Shown here: piece after piece, positions 48,988 through 61,568 of the stretch | Numbering within the stretch: the first letter of the stretch is position 1 | Layout: each line of letters begins with the position of its first letter | From: Macrostomum lignano | Lineage: Eukaryota | Assembly (NCBI GenBank): GCA_002269645.1 | Contig: NIVC01003855.1 | Span: 9,534-73,533, forward strand | Reading direction: 5' to 3' | DNA: 64,000 nucleotides | Program-made: the position numbers and the translations under genes | The notes under the pieces: model-generated | What the model was told of the DNA's origin: nothing | Seen by the model: the letters and a program-made list of their open reading frames with translations, nothing else | Databases searched by the model: none

Positions 48988-51900
48988 TTCGTATTTTTTA
49001 AAATTATTAGCTGTGTTCGTATTGTGTCTCAAGTGCATTAACAGTAGTGATTATACTCAAAGACTTTTTGCTGCAACCGATCAGAGCAACTTGAGTGTAT
49101 ATGGCTGTATGAAATTCAATTGAGCTCTGTATTGATGCTCTTTTTAAAAAGTGCATCGATAAAGTCAATTTTTTATAATACTATGCATGAATTGTATCTT
49201 GTATGTAGTGCTCAATCCAAGTATATACCACTTCGATCTTGCATCTTTGAAGTGAACAGGGGCCTTCTTGAAAAGATACTCGTATATTCTCTAAGATACT
49301 TTAAATTATAATGTATTACAATGTTATTATATATATAGTAGCTTGTATATTTATTGATTTATAATTTATATCATTTGCGTAAGTTCTTATTCGGATTATA
49401 ATTTATTTCTCACATTACCTAAAGATAATGTTATTAATTATTTTGAGATTTGCGCAAAACTGATTTGTACTGTTACTAATCTATCAATTATTTCACTAAA
49501 TGGTTTGGCAAACTGAGCTACTGAATACAACCACAATCTGCTATTTTCAATTAAGGACTGCGCTTGTCTGTAAAAGTTTGAAAAATCTACCTTTTTAAAA
49601 TGTCATCAATTGGTTTTCTGATTAGAAGCAGCAAAAATGTCTTTCAGCGACATAATTACCGTCCTTAGCACATACGTGTATGTATAGTAGCTAGCTCTAT
49701 TTTTCAAAGAATTTAAAAGTAAATTAAAATTTACAAATTGGCAATACAAGCCAACAAATTTCAACACCCCTTAAGGATTCCCAACTCCAGTGAGCACTAG
49801 TCGTGTCCTGCTCAAAATATTTACTAGATAAGTAATTCCCTTACGTGTATATTAATTTTACTTCGGTTAATCGCAGTCAACCTAATCAACATGAAAAGGA
49901 AATCCGAATTATGAGGTCTAGGCATTATTAATTGATGCAAGCTGATTAATATATTGTTTTAATTGCCGATGCGTTATTGATGGATATTAATTTCTATTCA
50001 TTCGATTTTTATAAAAGCATAAAAATAATATCAGCTAGTAAAACATTATAACATTCAATATTTTATATCTAATCAATCTCACCCGCAAAATTTGTGCACT
50101 GTTTGGTGCACCTCCTGCAGTTTCCGTAAACTTTCAACTTGAAAGTAATTTAGTACATGTACATTGTAGTTATCTTATCGATACAAGATACGCTATCTCT
50201 GACTCTCTGTCAAGCATGCAATATTGCTTATCTTATCGATGCAGGTTTATCTGCAAGACAACTGCTAATAAAAAGACGTTCAGCTATAAGTAAATTTGTA
50301 CTTTTTTGTTTAAATAAAGACTGGAAAGCAGAACACATGTATAACGATAAATGATCAGTCTGGTACATTTTAGTTTTTAAGTGACAATTTCATATAGTCG
50401 TTTTTTATACTAAATACTGATGCCACCGTATTTTAGCGGAATGGGCGTTCGCGCCTTCACGCTGTGTCCCCTCCGGGACAGCCCTGCAGCTATGTACCGC
50501 CCTTGATGCCCGGCCGCTCCGCGAGGAGGCGAACGAATGACCGTAGGCTGCCTATGGCCGGGCAATGACCTGACGGATCTCCAGCAACAGACTGTCCCGC
50601 CCCCATGATTGATAGCTTTGGTAGCGCTTTCGTGACCAGAGGGCCAAGGAGCCACATGGACCCCACCTGTAGCCAAGGTGCAATAGTTGGTCACTCGGTC
50701 AGAGCATGACCGAGTGGCTGCCACCACCCTATGTGACCTGGCGCACCTGGATCTCACTACCAGACCTCTCGAGGCTAGAGCCCCGCCTGGATTGGTTACC
50801 AGGGGATTTAGGCTAACAGGAGAGACGCATGCAGCCGAGTACAGGGACTCTGCTTGGGGCATGTACGGCAACTCTGGGCTCAATCTGGAGAATTTCTCAG
50901 CAGGGGATCATTTGTGGCTGTGAACGAGGCGGACTTGCGGTTTCAATTATTAAGAGTAGTGTGAGACGAAACTGTACTAGCTATAGTTTAGATTTCTCAG
51001 GGCGAAGGGACGCGTAAGCATGGGGTTGCAACCTTCCTGCTGCCATTCTGTGCCGAGACTCGCTACTTCCCTCTACTGCTTACACACACGAACCCGCAAC
51101 ACGCATACACAGGCGGGCTTTGCACGGGGAGAGGCCATTAGCTTACCCAAACTTCCTTATGCTTTGCCACCCAGGAGAAAGGGTGAAGCAAGCATGAATG
51201 AAATGATGGTGAAAGTGTGAATAATGAGGAGATTAGTAATGGTTAATGATTAGGCCCTTAGGCAAAAGAAACAGGCAATTAGGCGGCTTCACTATTGAGT
51301 AAAATAAAGCAAAGAGTACGGTATCACAATTGGCTCAGCTCTCTTAATCAAGCAATGGGAAATAAGGGAATGGCATTCTGGGGAGTCAAGGGAACTTGGC
51401 GGTATCAGACCGCGGACAGACAGAGGTTCGTCCTATAGACGAACAAGGACGACTAAAGTAAAGTCGTCCGTATATATAGGACGCAAGACGATCAACTTTC
51501 GTGGAAAATTCGTTAGAGGCCGATTTTCGTAATGCAATGCATAGCCAAAATAGAAGTAGTTTACATGCTTTATAATCGTTGCGAGATATTATCGACCTGT
51601 GTAGAACAGTCGTGCAGCATTTTAATATTTTTATAATGCATTCTTATTTGATTTCATTATATATAGCTAGATATAGAGTTGTAGCTTTCGTTTTATAATG
51701 ACTTATTATGTCAACGCCTTTTACCATTAGGGCCTAGTACGTGCTAGGACATACTTCTGTAGATCTCTAATCTGAAAATTTTCAGCAACTAGATACATCA
51801 GTGCTGCTAATAGCTAGCTTAATTTTTTACTTTACTAGAGCAGTATATTTAACTTTATTTCATTTATTTAATAGCTATTAATAGCTCCCACGTTACTCTG

Positions 51901-52020
51901 AATGACTCCAGTCGAGCTCCAATTGTATCAGATGCATCGCGTAGCCTAAACTATATCTTCTTCAACTCGCTACCATGGTGGAGCAGATGGCTAGGGGGGG
52001 GGCGGGGTCCCGCACGCCAG

Positions 52021-52859
52021 CGTTCTCTTACGACTGAGACACAGAAAGCTGTAATTCAAACATGCAGAGGTCTTGTGGAGCTTTCAAAATACCTCCTATC
52101 CAAGCACTCATTCACCTGATGTCCTTCTAGGTAAGAAAAATGCTAATGCATAAGATAAAAGCGTAAAAAATCATTGATCCAAGTTACTATTTCCACTTTC
52201 AGGTGCTTTCCAATATGACCTCCTTGAGGGCGAGTTCTCGATTTATAGACAGGGACATGGAGGATGCTATTTTATCTCGGTTGAGCAAATCTTCCTGAGC
52301 GCAAAGTTGCGTCGAATGCAATTGTATGCCCAGCTTGATGGCAACATACCAGAGCACCCACAATCTACATGTTGTGGCGAGCAAGAATTAAGTGATGCTG
52401 AACTCACAGTCATTGACAATTTGTCAGTTGATGAAGCTGCTGTCTCTGAGACAGAAAGAGCTGCACTCTATTATGTATGTGGCTATATTGCACTAAAGGA
52501 AGATATCGCTCAATCTGATTCGGCTGATTTTCGTCACACTGTAGATACTAAGGCATGCAGTGAATTTATGAGTCTTTTGTCTCGAGGAAAGCTGGTGCAT
52601 TCTCCCGAATGGTTGCTTGTTTACGCTCTATTGTGCCATTCGTTTTTTAATTCACTGCACTATACGTGTGTGAACCGTGTGGTCCGACGTTTTTGTTCCA
52701 TATTTGAAGCATTTATTGACATTCAAATCAGTTCCGACCTGGTGGCTCGCATATCCAGACGTCTATCGAATGTTTGTTAAAGGACTTATTCGAAAGGAGT
52801 CGTCGCTTACTCGGTCTACTTATAATGCGCGTAGACTCCGGAAATTGAATTCGCTTTAG
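52021..52859 (+). pseudogene. P-element/THAP9-superfamily transposase 3' remnant with intron (52131-52202) and frameshifts
   Basis: SLTTETQKAVIQTCRGLVELSKYLL..F[fs]YVLLG|AFQYDLLEGEFSIYRQGHGGCYFISVEQI; LYYVCGYIA; LSRGKLVHSPEW; C-terminal [fs]FVKGL...RRLRKLNSL*. Motifs recalled from P-family transposases. Frameshifts near 52118 and 52770. Confidence 0.8.
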
Positions 52860-55800
52860 ATTGTTACTGTATTTTGAGTTTCTCTATTTTTTGAAATATT
52901 TCGATCTGTGGGGGGACAATTTTATTTTACCCCTTTCCTGGTTCTACTACCTTGCCAGTTTGTAGTTTCGTCTCCTGGCAATTTTTCTTGTTTGTTTTGA
53001 CATATTACTAGGGGCACTAAAAAGTTCTGAGCCATGGTGTGAAAGAGAGTTGAAATATTTTTCGAATACTATTAACATATTATTGTGTTACAACATCGAT
53101 TCTCAGCGCTTTGTGACCATGGGATCTTGCTCTTGGTCGGGGTCAGAATTTTTAGTGCGCCACGTAAAATCAGCAATTTTAGATGGATACTGTACTTTTG
53201 ACAGATTATATTTTGAACTGTTAATGTCCGAATTATTCAACTTATTAATGTCTTAAATCTTTCTTCCTGTTTTTGCTACCTTGCCAGTTTGCAGTTTCGT
53301 CTCTTTTGACGTTTTTCTTGTTTATTTTGACAGTAAAATCAGCAATTTTTGATGATTTTTTAGTATATAGGACTGTACTGTTGACAAGTATTTCGGGGTG
53401 TTTCAAGTCCGAATTGGTCAATTTATTGATGTCTTAAATTAAAGGGCATATGTTACTGCCTATTCTGTGAAAAAATAAGCATCTTACGATCAATAGCGTA
53501 CACAGGAGATACATTTAAAAATGGGCCTCCAATGAAATTTTCATCAATTCTGAGTCTTGCATCCTTCTACTTAAGTAGTCCTTGTAGACGAATGGGTCAG
53601 ATCAACGTCTGACAGGCCAAAGTGAGCTCATGAGTCCAAAGAAGGACCACTTCGGGAAGAGTGGCAGGATCTGAGGGTTCTCACGCCGAAAACCGCTCCC
53701 TTAAATAGACCTCACGGCCGCCGCTCCAAGGTCGTTTCCATGACTCCCTCTCTCTGATTGGCTGCCGGAGAAATGACGTCAGAATTAGTCATGATGAGAA
53801 ACATGAGAACGCCATAGCAACATGAGAAATTGAGAAATTGCGCAATCCGGAGGAGGGGTGGGGGATAATGAGCACAGCGGGGGTCGAGAAAGTGTTGCGC
53901 AAGCAAACATTGAGAACAATGGGGCTCGGGTCGAGAACAAAGGAAATGGAAATCGGGGATAATTGGGGAGAACTGAGAACAAGAGAAAAGTAAACATTGG
54001 AGAAAAGGTGCTAATTGGGTGCGAAAAGGAGAACCATAGAAAGAGAAAATCTGGGAAAATGTGGTAATTAGGTTCGAAAACGAGAACAAAAGAATAAAAA
54101 ACGAGAACAATAGAAGCAGAGGTGGGATGGGTGTCGCATGAGAAATCTTGAGAAGAGAACAATAGCATGAGAAAAGATTGCGCAAGAGGGGTGATGAGTC
54201 ATCGGAGTGAAGGAGGGGTCAGAAGTCTTGCGTCGCCGTTTGGGATTTTAAAAAGGGATGGAGCGACAGTGAGCACAAAAGGTACTGTAAGTAAGCACAG
54301 GGACAGCGCAAGAAAAACGAGCTAAAACATGACAAAAAGATGGGAAGCAGGAGAAGTACATGATAGATGGGGTGGGGCGCATGGGAAACGGGGAGACGGG
54401 TGAGGTGCAGAAAGAAAAGGGGGCTCCGGAAAGGCACGTGTGGCTGAGTGGGAGACAGAACCGAGACAGCAGGGGGATGCAACAGAGCGGGAGTCAGTTG
54501 GCCTGGTCAGGGACCCGGCCCAGTCTCGACAGCTCTGCCCAGTAGGTGCACGGAGGCCGGAGGTACTTTTCAAAAAATTCCCTCACCAGATCCCGCGAAC
54601 AGAGCGTGGTTTCATCAATACGCTTTTGTAGTTTCTCGACATAGAATTTAAGTACTGAAGAAAAGAAGAATAACTGATGTTCATTTGTTTTTTTTCAGAA
54701 AATATACATGCAGTATGATTTCGATTATACTATATGATTTTGGGAGCTAAATTCCGGCGTAAGTGATTTGAATCATGCTTATAAGTGTATAGAAATCGTA
54801 ATAAACAGGCTTCATATTTGGAGTTTTTAATGGATACTGCGGAAGCTGGATCAGCAATTTATCAATTGGTAAATTATTGATATATTCGTTAAACTAAAGA
54901 CAATATATTTCTAGCTATTATTAAACAAAAAGTTCTCAACAATCTTGTTTCAATCTGCCAGAACGGGTCGGACTCAAGTCTAAATAATCTTAGACAAAGA
55001 GAGAATATATATAATAATAAGGAAAAATAGAAACGCGTACAAGCAAAATAATACATAAAACTAGACATGCACACAAAAAGTATTGAGTTACCATTTTTAC
55101 TGTTGAGTGCAACTGCAAAAACAGTTTTTGTTGTTATTTTTTGTTATAGAACACACGAACAGTTTCTCCGATTTCGATAACACAAACGGGCGCAAATTGA
55201 AGCGAGAAATTCAATAATATACTTTTATATTCTAGACGAGGAGAAAAGACTGCAAACAATTTTAGTCACAAGTTTAAAAATTCTATAGCATAATAGGTTC
55301 TTTAATATAATAGATAATGTTACACAAGAAGTTCCTCAAAAGCTTACTTAATACACAATATAAACTCAAGAAGCAAATTAAACTAATAAACTATGAATAC
55401 GTGAATGCACACCACAATGTTGAAAACACCAAAAGACGCGGTATCACCTATATAGAAAGAAAAGTTTACATCACAAACAGCTAAATACAGACAAATTCGC
55501 AATCGGATAGTGCATAAAATCGTTTTAAAACAATTATATTAGTATCACAAAAATATTTTTAGAAAAAGCATATACAAGCTAAAAAGTTGACAAATGAGGG
55601 CAGGTCTTGATTGAAAGTTATAAGCGCAAATTTAATAATGAAACAGTCTCAAGCTTTACTATGAGGGTAAAGAACAAGAAAGAATGAAATAGCTAAAGCG
55701 CACAGTTTGGCCAACGAAGAGGGGCAAGCAAATATGGGAATTGGGAATGGATAGCGACTATCCGATAGCGTTCCTAATCAGATGGTATTAAATTTGTTTT

Positions 55801-57131
55801 TTAACCTTCAAGATTAAAGCAGTAAAACAGGGAATTATTAACTCTCACTACTCGGATTACCTGAGCAATAATAATATTATTGTCGCATGCATAATTTTTT
55901 ATTAAATACGCTCGTGTCTTTACCTTAGGAAAATTGTTAGCTTATCAAAAACGTAATGTAGTTGAACAATACAACCTCGACAAGGACAGTCGATACATTT
56001 TAGCTAGATGACAATTAAAAAAGTACCAACTTTTACTAGTTAGCTTACAGTTAATAAATATTTTTAGCATACATGTATGTATCCAGCGGTTCACGTGTTC
56101 GACAAGACTGTCTAATAAAATTTAAAAACAATATATAGAAATATTATTCGAACAGCTGCACAACAAATAGATTAAGTTATAGACACAAAATACAAATATG
56201 CAAACAAGACACAAATAAGCATTATCTATTGAACAGCAATGAGGGAATGGCATGCCGATATGTTTTAAAATTACATAAAATTACATAAATTTTAACAAAA
56301 TAAAATTGGGGACTAGAATTTATTCCTTTTTGTCCGTAATAACACTCAGGAGTAGGTTAAATCTAGAGAATATAATTGTAACTTAAAACAGCCGGCACAA
56401 GATAAAAACGTTATAATTTTTTTATAATAAAGGGATGGTCAATCGGATGGCCAAGAATTGTCGCATTGTGAAAAATACAAATTTCTTGTTCAATAAGGAC
56501 TTTGACTGAAGGTTATATGTAACCGCGTAATGAAGACATGCAAAAGGAAAGCTTGCATAGACTTTAAGGGAAATATATAACTAGTTTCGGACACGCAATT
56601 TAATTGATTAATCCCAGTAAACTTAGCATCTTAAAATCTGTGGCAAAATCAAATCCTGACCACTTTGTCTGAAATATGAGTAAATATGTCTAGAAGGTAA
56701 TAAGGTAATTATCTAGAAGGCTGATAATAAATATATTCGAAATAGCTATCGTTAACTAATGAATTCTATAATTTTTTAGATTTGTATCTCAAAGATAGTA
56801 TAATAATAATAATAGTAATTATTATTAATAATAGTAGTATATATACTTATAATAGTATTTTATTATTAGTGTTCGAAATCCGAAAAAATTGTTAAGCATC
56901 ATTGTTTTTTGTTAAAAAATATGCGTTACAACAATTATAATAAACAATAAAGTTGCAATTCTAATAACACGCATTTGTGTCCCACACACATCTGTAATAT
57001 GAGTAAGCAAAAAAATGATTTATCGATGCGACACCAGCCGTTCGGGTTTACAAAACATACACATAATGTAGTTGTGTTGTTGCCGCCTCCTCACTGACAC
57101 TGTCAAACTGCATCATTGATCTTTCGCTCAC

Positions 57132-57243
57132 TTAGCCCTGGTGCACAGCCTGGGAGCGGTGATAATGCACGTTGAGCCATTTGCCATCGCGACGACACCA
57201 GATCCTGGTCTCCTCCGACTGCTTGGTGCAGGGACTGCCGGAT
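57132..57243 (-). CDS. CaMKII: CaMKII hub domain, last coding exon ([30 protein letters not shown]...*)
   Basis: Matches CaMKII QSEETRVWHRRDGKWQ.VHFHRS; phase 2 junction. Confidence 0.95.
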
Positions 57244-57583
57244 CTAAGTAATCATATTTATTAGTTTTATTAACCATCGGTGTACATGTGGCTCAGGCTA
57301 GACAGTAAGTTAACTATTAGTAATGGTAGTCATTGCATTGCTCAAAATTCACATTTGAATCAAAGCTTTAAGTGCAATATGAGTCCCAAGAACCCTTTTA
57401 AACGTAATATGTGAGCTTTAAAATCTTAGCTTTATTAAATACATAAGGCTTTAAATCCTATGTTTGCTTACAACATAAAAGACATAAATGTTTTCTATTA
57501 GGTTGCATTATGTTGTATTTAATTACTATTGGTAAGTAAATAAATACGAAAACCAACTAAATGGTACATATAAATCGACTCAC

Positions 57584-57701
57584 TTGTCAAGATACTGAGT
57601 CAGCCTCGTATAAGCAATGCAAGCAGACTCGTCGCTAAGCAGGTGCACAGTCGGGTTCAGTATGCTCGTGTGCACAGCTTTGAAGTTGTTTTTGCCCAGA
57701 A
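57584..57701 (-). CDS. CaMKII: CaMKII hub exon ([40 protein letters not shown])
   Basis: Matches [25 protein letters not shown]; canonical splice sites. Confidence 0.95.
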
Positions 57702-57857
57702 CTAGAAGATATCGAGTTAATTTAATTGAATTGTTTATTGTTTCAACTTTCAGGCCTCTGATTGAATTGGAAATTAGGTTGTAAGAACAGATACAAAAAC
57801 CAAAAGTAACAAACATATTTTAGACTCAATAAGAACAGTACAAAATATAAAACTCAC

Positions 57858-57952
57858 CGTGATCGAAGTAGAACTTCTGAAATTCGACTCCTTCGATTAG
57901 ATTACCAAAAGACTCTGGTTCAAACGAAGTGATTAACGGATCGACCAGTTTG
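57858..57952 (-). CDS. CaMKII: CaMKII hub exon, 95 nt (KLVDPLITSFEPESFGNLIEGVEFQKFYFDH)
   Basis: Matches DPGLTAFEPEALGNLVEG.DFHRFYFEN. Confidence 0.95.
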
Positions 57953-58285
57953 CTGCAAGGATTGTTTTATCTTAGCTTGTTTTGTTTATTTTAAAATTGA
58001 AGCAAATTACTGAATAATCAGCTATATAGCATAGTCAAAAGCTATATCAACATCATATTTAATAGCAATACCGAAATCCTAAACCATAGCTACATCAAGA
58101 TCTCACCCAGTAGAGCAATATCGAAATCTCACCCAATGGCTATATCAAAATCTCAACTAATAGCAATGCAAAAACATTTACCCAGTAGCTATATTCAATT
58201 TTCACCCAGTATACCAAAACCATACCAAGTGGCGAGAGCTAACATTTTAAAATGATACTCTTCGCTGCCCACAAAACTGACTTAC

Positions 58286-58361
58286 GAATAGGCATCAAAG
58301 TCAGCGCTTGTAATGGCAGATAAAATAGTCTCAGTCAGCTTGATGATTTCCTGTTTACGAG
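58286..58361 (-). CDS. CaMKII: CaMKII hub exon, 76 nt (RKQEIIKLTETILSAITSADFDAYS)
   Basis: Matches RKQEIIKVTEQLIEAI.NGDFEAY; TTTTTCAG acceptor, GTAAGT donor. Confidence 0.95.
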
Positions 58362-59019
58362 CTGAAAAATATTTAATGGACAAAATGATGTTAGATTAGA
58401 AGACAGTTGGAAAATTGAATGGAGGTAAAATTTTCATGTGAAACTGTATTTTAGCTAATACAAACCAGAGTTTAAAGTAAATATTATCAAAATATATATA
58501 ATGTTATTCCGACGTTATTTTCGGCTTTTAATCATCTTTTCAAAATAATTTAGCAGATAATTTAATAACTATCAATAATAGATTTAAAGCAAAAAGCACA
58601 TCAAACCAGTTCGGACATATATATTAATAAAGAAACGATACTTAAATGTGCAACGCAAGAAGAATAGATTTGGAATGCGATTTATAAAAGTGATTTTAAG
58701 TTAGGTTATCAATATATAGACAAGAACAAGAAAAACATGCACGCATTATTATATTAATTATCTATTATTATATTTTTCATATATTATATTTTTTGCTGTG
58801 CAAAGCAGATTCCATATTATCCAGCTTGACAGAGCATTTTAGTATCAGCTTACTATTAGTGCACTGATATACTAATTTTTTTACTCAGTAAGAATCATTC
58901 AGTTTTTTCTGTTCTATAAATTGCACTTTAATTCAATTTCAAACAACCCAGCGCACGAACGAAAGATTACTAGTTTAACGATGCCAGCTAATTGCGACAA
59001 AATTTGGCGTGGGGTGAGG

Positions 59020-59335
59020 AGGACTGAGAGACAGCGAAATAAAATAGATAAGCCTCCCCAACTTCATCAAATAGCAATAAAGTGAGGTTAGAGGCAGGCG
59101 AATCGGACCGGCTGGGCTGGGAGACAGGGCAATAAAAAAGATCCCAAAACTTCACTAAGCAACAATAAAGTGAGGTTAGAGAGGCAGGCGAATCGGGCCG
59201 GTTGGGTTGGGAGACAAGCCAATAAAATATATATGCCTCCCAAACTTCACTAAGCAGCAATAAAGTGAGATTAGCGAGGCAGGCAATTAGGCCCGTTTGG
59301 TTGAGAGACAGAGCAATAAAATAGACTATCTCTGA
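59020..59335. repeat. ~85-bp tandem repeat x~4 in a CaMKII intron
   Basis: GAGACAG.GCAATAAAA...AACTTCACTAAGCA.CAATAAAGTGAGGTTAG recurs. Confidence 0.85.
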
Positions 59336-59690
59336 CATCACTTTTATTCAGCTATAATAAGTTCGGATTGGGCGCACGAGAATAATGTGCGCTCCAGAAT
59401 ATCAATGGTGATCGAAACGCGTTGCAATGTTACAATTACAAAATGTTGATAATTAGTTTTTTATTTGCATGGTTGTTACAGCGACCAACTTTATCTAAAG
59501 CTATTAAACAGCAAAGTTTGGCAAGTTATATTTTGAGCTGAATTTGTTATTCTTATCTTATATTAGCTTGTATAACCACTGACCGTTATCAGAAGAAGTA
59601 CTATTAATATTAAGCAGTAAATTAATAGAAGTGTTGATATTCGATGAAAAAATATACAAATTATATACGCAATATCTAATTTATACTTAC

Positions 59691-59879
59691 AATCTTTAAT
59701 TGGCTGCGGCAAAGAAGATGCGCTAGCAGCGACGGAGGCGGAGACGTTGGTAGGGGCCGGGGCGGCAGGGACAGCGGAAGCTTTCCCTGCAAGCAGGGAG
59801 AGAGCTGAGGCTACTGAAGCAACTGAGCTGCCTCCGCCGCCGCCACCTCCACCACCGCCGCCGCTAACACAATTTGCAG
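59691..59879 (-). CDS. CaMKII: CaMKII variable-linker exon (Gly/Ala/Ser-rich, 189 nt, phase 1-1)
   Basis: TTTCAG acceptor, GTAAGT donor, frame-preserving; joins ...PIKD|S-RKQEIIK. Confidence 0.85.
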
Positions 59880-60691
59880 CTGAAAGCATTACAAAGCTTT
59901 GAGTAGTACAACGAAAAAAACAAATTTTAATTTTTTTGGTGCGAAACAGGTAAAACTTGCATGCAATTTGGGTAACAGACTAAACAATGAGAAAGTCATC
60001 TGTTAGAAGTATATACGACAATTACAAAATGCCTTACACTCGTATTTAAGGATCGAAGACTTAAATAATAACTAAAGTTATATTTAAATAATAAGGAGTT
60101 CCTATCTAGATACTAGATACTATAATAAAAAGACTTCGAATTAACATGAATTTTATATAACATTTTAGCTACTGATAAACCCTTAAATCCAAATTTAACG
60201 AATTTCAAAACCTAAATTACATTGTTTAGCAATTTGACGACCATTATTCACATTTTTAATGCAGAACAATCCATTACTACAAACAATGCATTGTCTGTAG
60301 GATCGTCAAACAGAAAAACAATGCAAAGAATCAGGGGTCGCAGCACGTGACAACGATTTGTCTATGGCTCGCGCCTACCGGCGCTCGCCAGACAATCGTT
60401 GTCACGCACTGGGACCGCTGATTATTTATCCATTGTAAAATCTACCGAACCCGGATTGTTTAGATAAAAAGGGGAAAAATCGACAAATATTTCAAACAGG
60501 GAGTCCAATTCTTGTAAAAAGTATCTAACGTGTACATTTAAACGAATTCACGCCACAACAACCAGCCCTGTAACTGTAACTCGATAGGTTTGATACAAGA
60601 CAGTAGAGACAACATATGACAAAACAGATAATTTTTGGCTAAGGCAGTACAAACGGCCTAAAAAACCCAGCAGAACTCAAATCCGACTTAC

Positions 60692-60793
60692 CTTTGGACT
60701 CTTCAGTTTCTTCAATCGTGGCAGTGCTGTCACCAGATTCTCGAATGCCATTGCCGGACACTTTCTTAGTGACAACTTTGCTTCCGCTCCCGG
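60692..60793 (-). CDS. CaMKII: CaMKII variable-linker exon (GSGSKVVTKKVSGNGIRESGDSTATIEETEESK, 102 nt, phase 1-1)
   Basis: ACTTCAG acceptor, GTAAGT donor. Resembles the conserved GVKES.ESTNTTIEDED linker segment. Confidence 0.85.
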
Positions 60794-61520
60794 CTGAAGT
60801 TTTTTAAAATTAATTAAGAATAAGATGGTTAAAATCCACTTTACTCACCGAAAATATTACTACCGAAGTCGTTATAATTCTTCAAATGATTTTTAGAGAA
60901 GCATGCATTACCTAATGTAGGAAACAAAGCTTTAATTATTTCTTTTAAAAGTCTATTCATTATATTCAAATTCTTCGTGTCCTTTTACTGTCTACTTTGC
61001 TAACAAGAGTTTTTAAACATAATCCTCCTCATTAAAAAGTTATGCAAGTGACATGCTTGTATGCGGTAATATTGTATGTAATTGTATCTAAGAAAAGAAT
61101 TGTATCTAATCCGTAACTATTAAAATTTGTGATGCATGTTTACTTAAAAAATCCCGTTTCACTTTTCTATAAATAAAACTAGGTTTTTTAACGGTATTAA
61201 AAAGCACAATATTGAATAAATATTTATTTCACGGCAAAGTTAAAAAACCATTAACTAATGATGCCATGCATAGCTGCATGTTTCTTAATATCGGATCAAC
61301 TAATTAGTCGTCGGCACAACTCTAGTCTAAATTGCAGCAAATATTAATGCTCTATATGAAAACTTGTATTGCTTAGAAAGGGAATTTATGCACACTGGAA
61401 ATAATTGTACTGCTAATATACATGCACACTGTTTATAACATAGAATAAAAAACTATTTAAAATGTAAAATGAATACTATCAGTAGCATGACGGTGTGATT
61501 AATAAATTTATTAAGCAGAC

Positions 61521-61568
61521 CTTGATCTCCGATATTGCTAGATGCGGCAGCATTGTTTGCTCCCAAGT
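61521..61568 (-). CDS. CaMKII: Candidate CaMKII linker microexon (48 nt, LGANNAAASSNIGDQ)
   Basis: AAATTCAG acceptor, GTCTGC donor, phase 1-1, GC island in AT-rich intron. Confidence 0.5.

Noticed and set aside
50410-51220. GC-rich island resembling a LINE 5'UTR or other TE fragment
   Set aside because: No coding motif, TSD or terminal structure that I could verify.
51974-53036. CATGG...CCATG as ends of the P-transposase relic
   Set aside because: Similarity stops after 5 bp and the flanks (CTCGCTAC / GTGTGAAA) are not a TSD.
53631-54620. Possible solo LTR on the minus strand (CTATTTAAGGG TATA-like, ends ...GGACTCA)
   Set aside because: No second boundary, TSD or primer-binding site could be identified.
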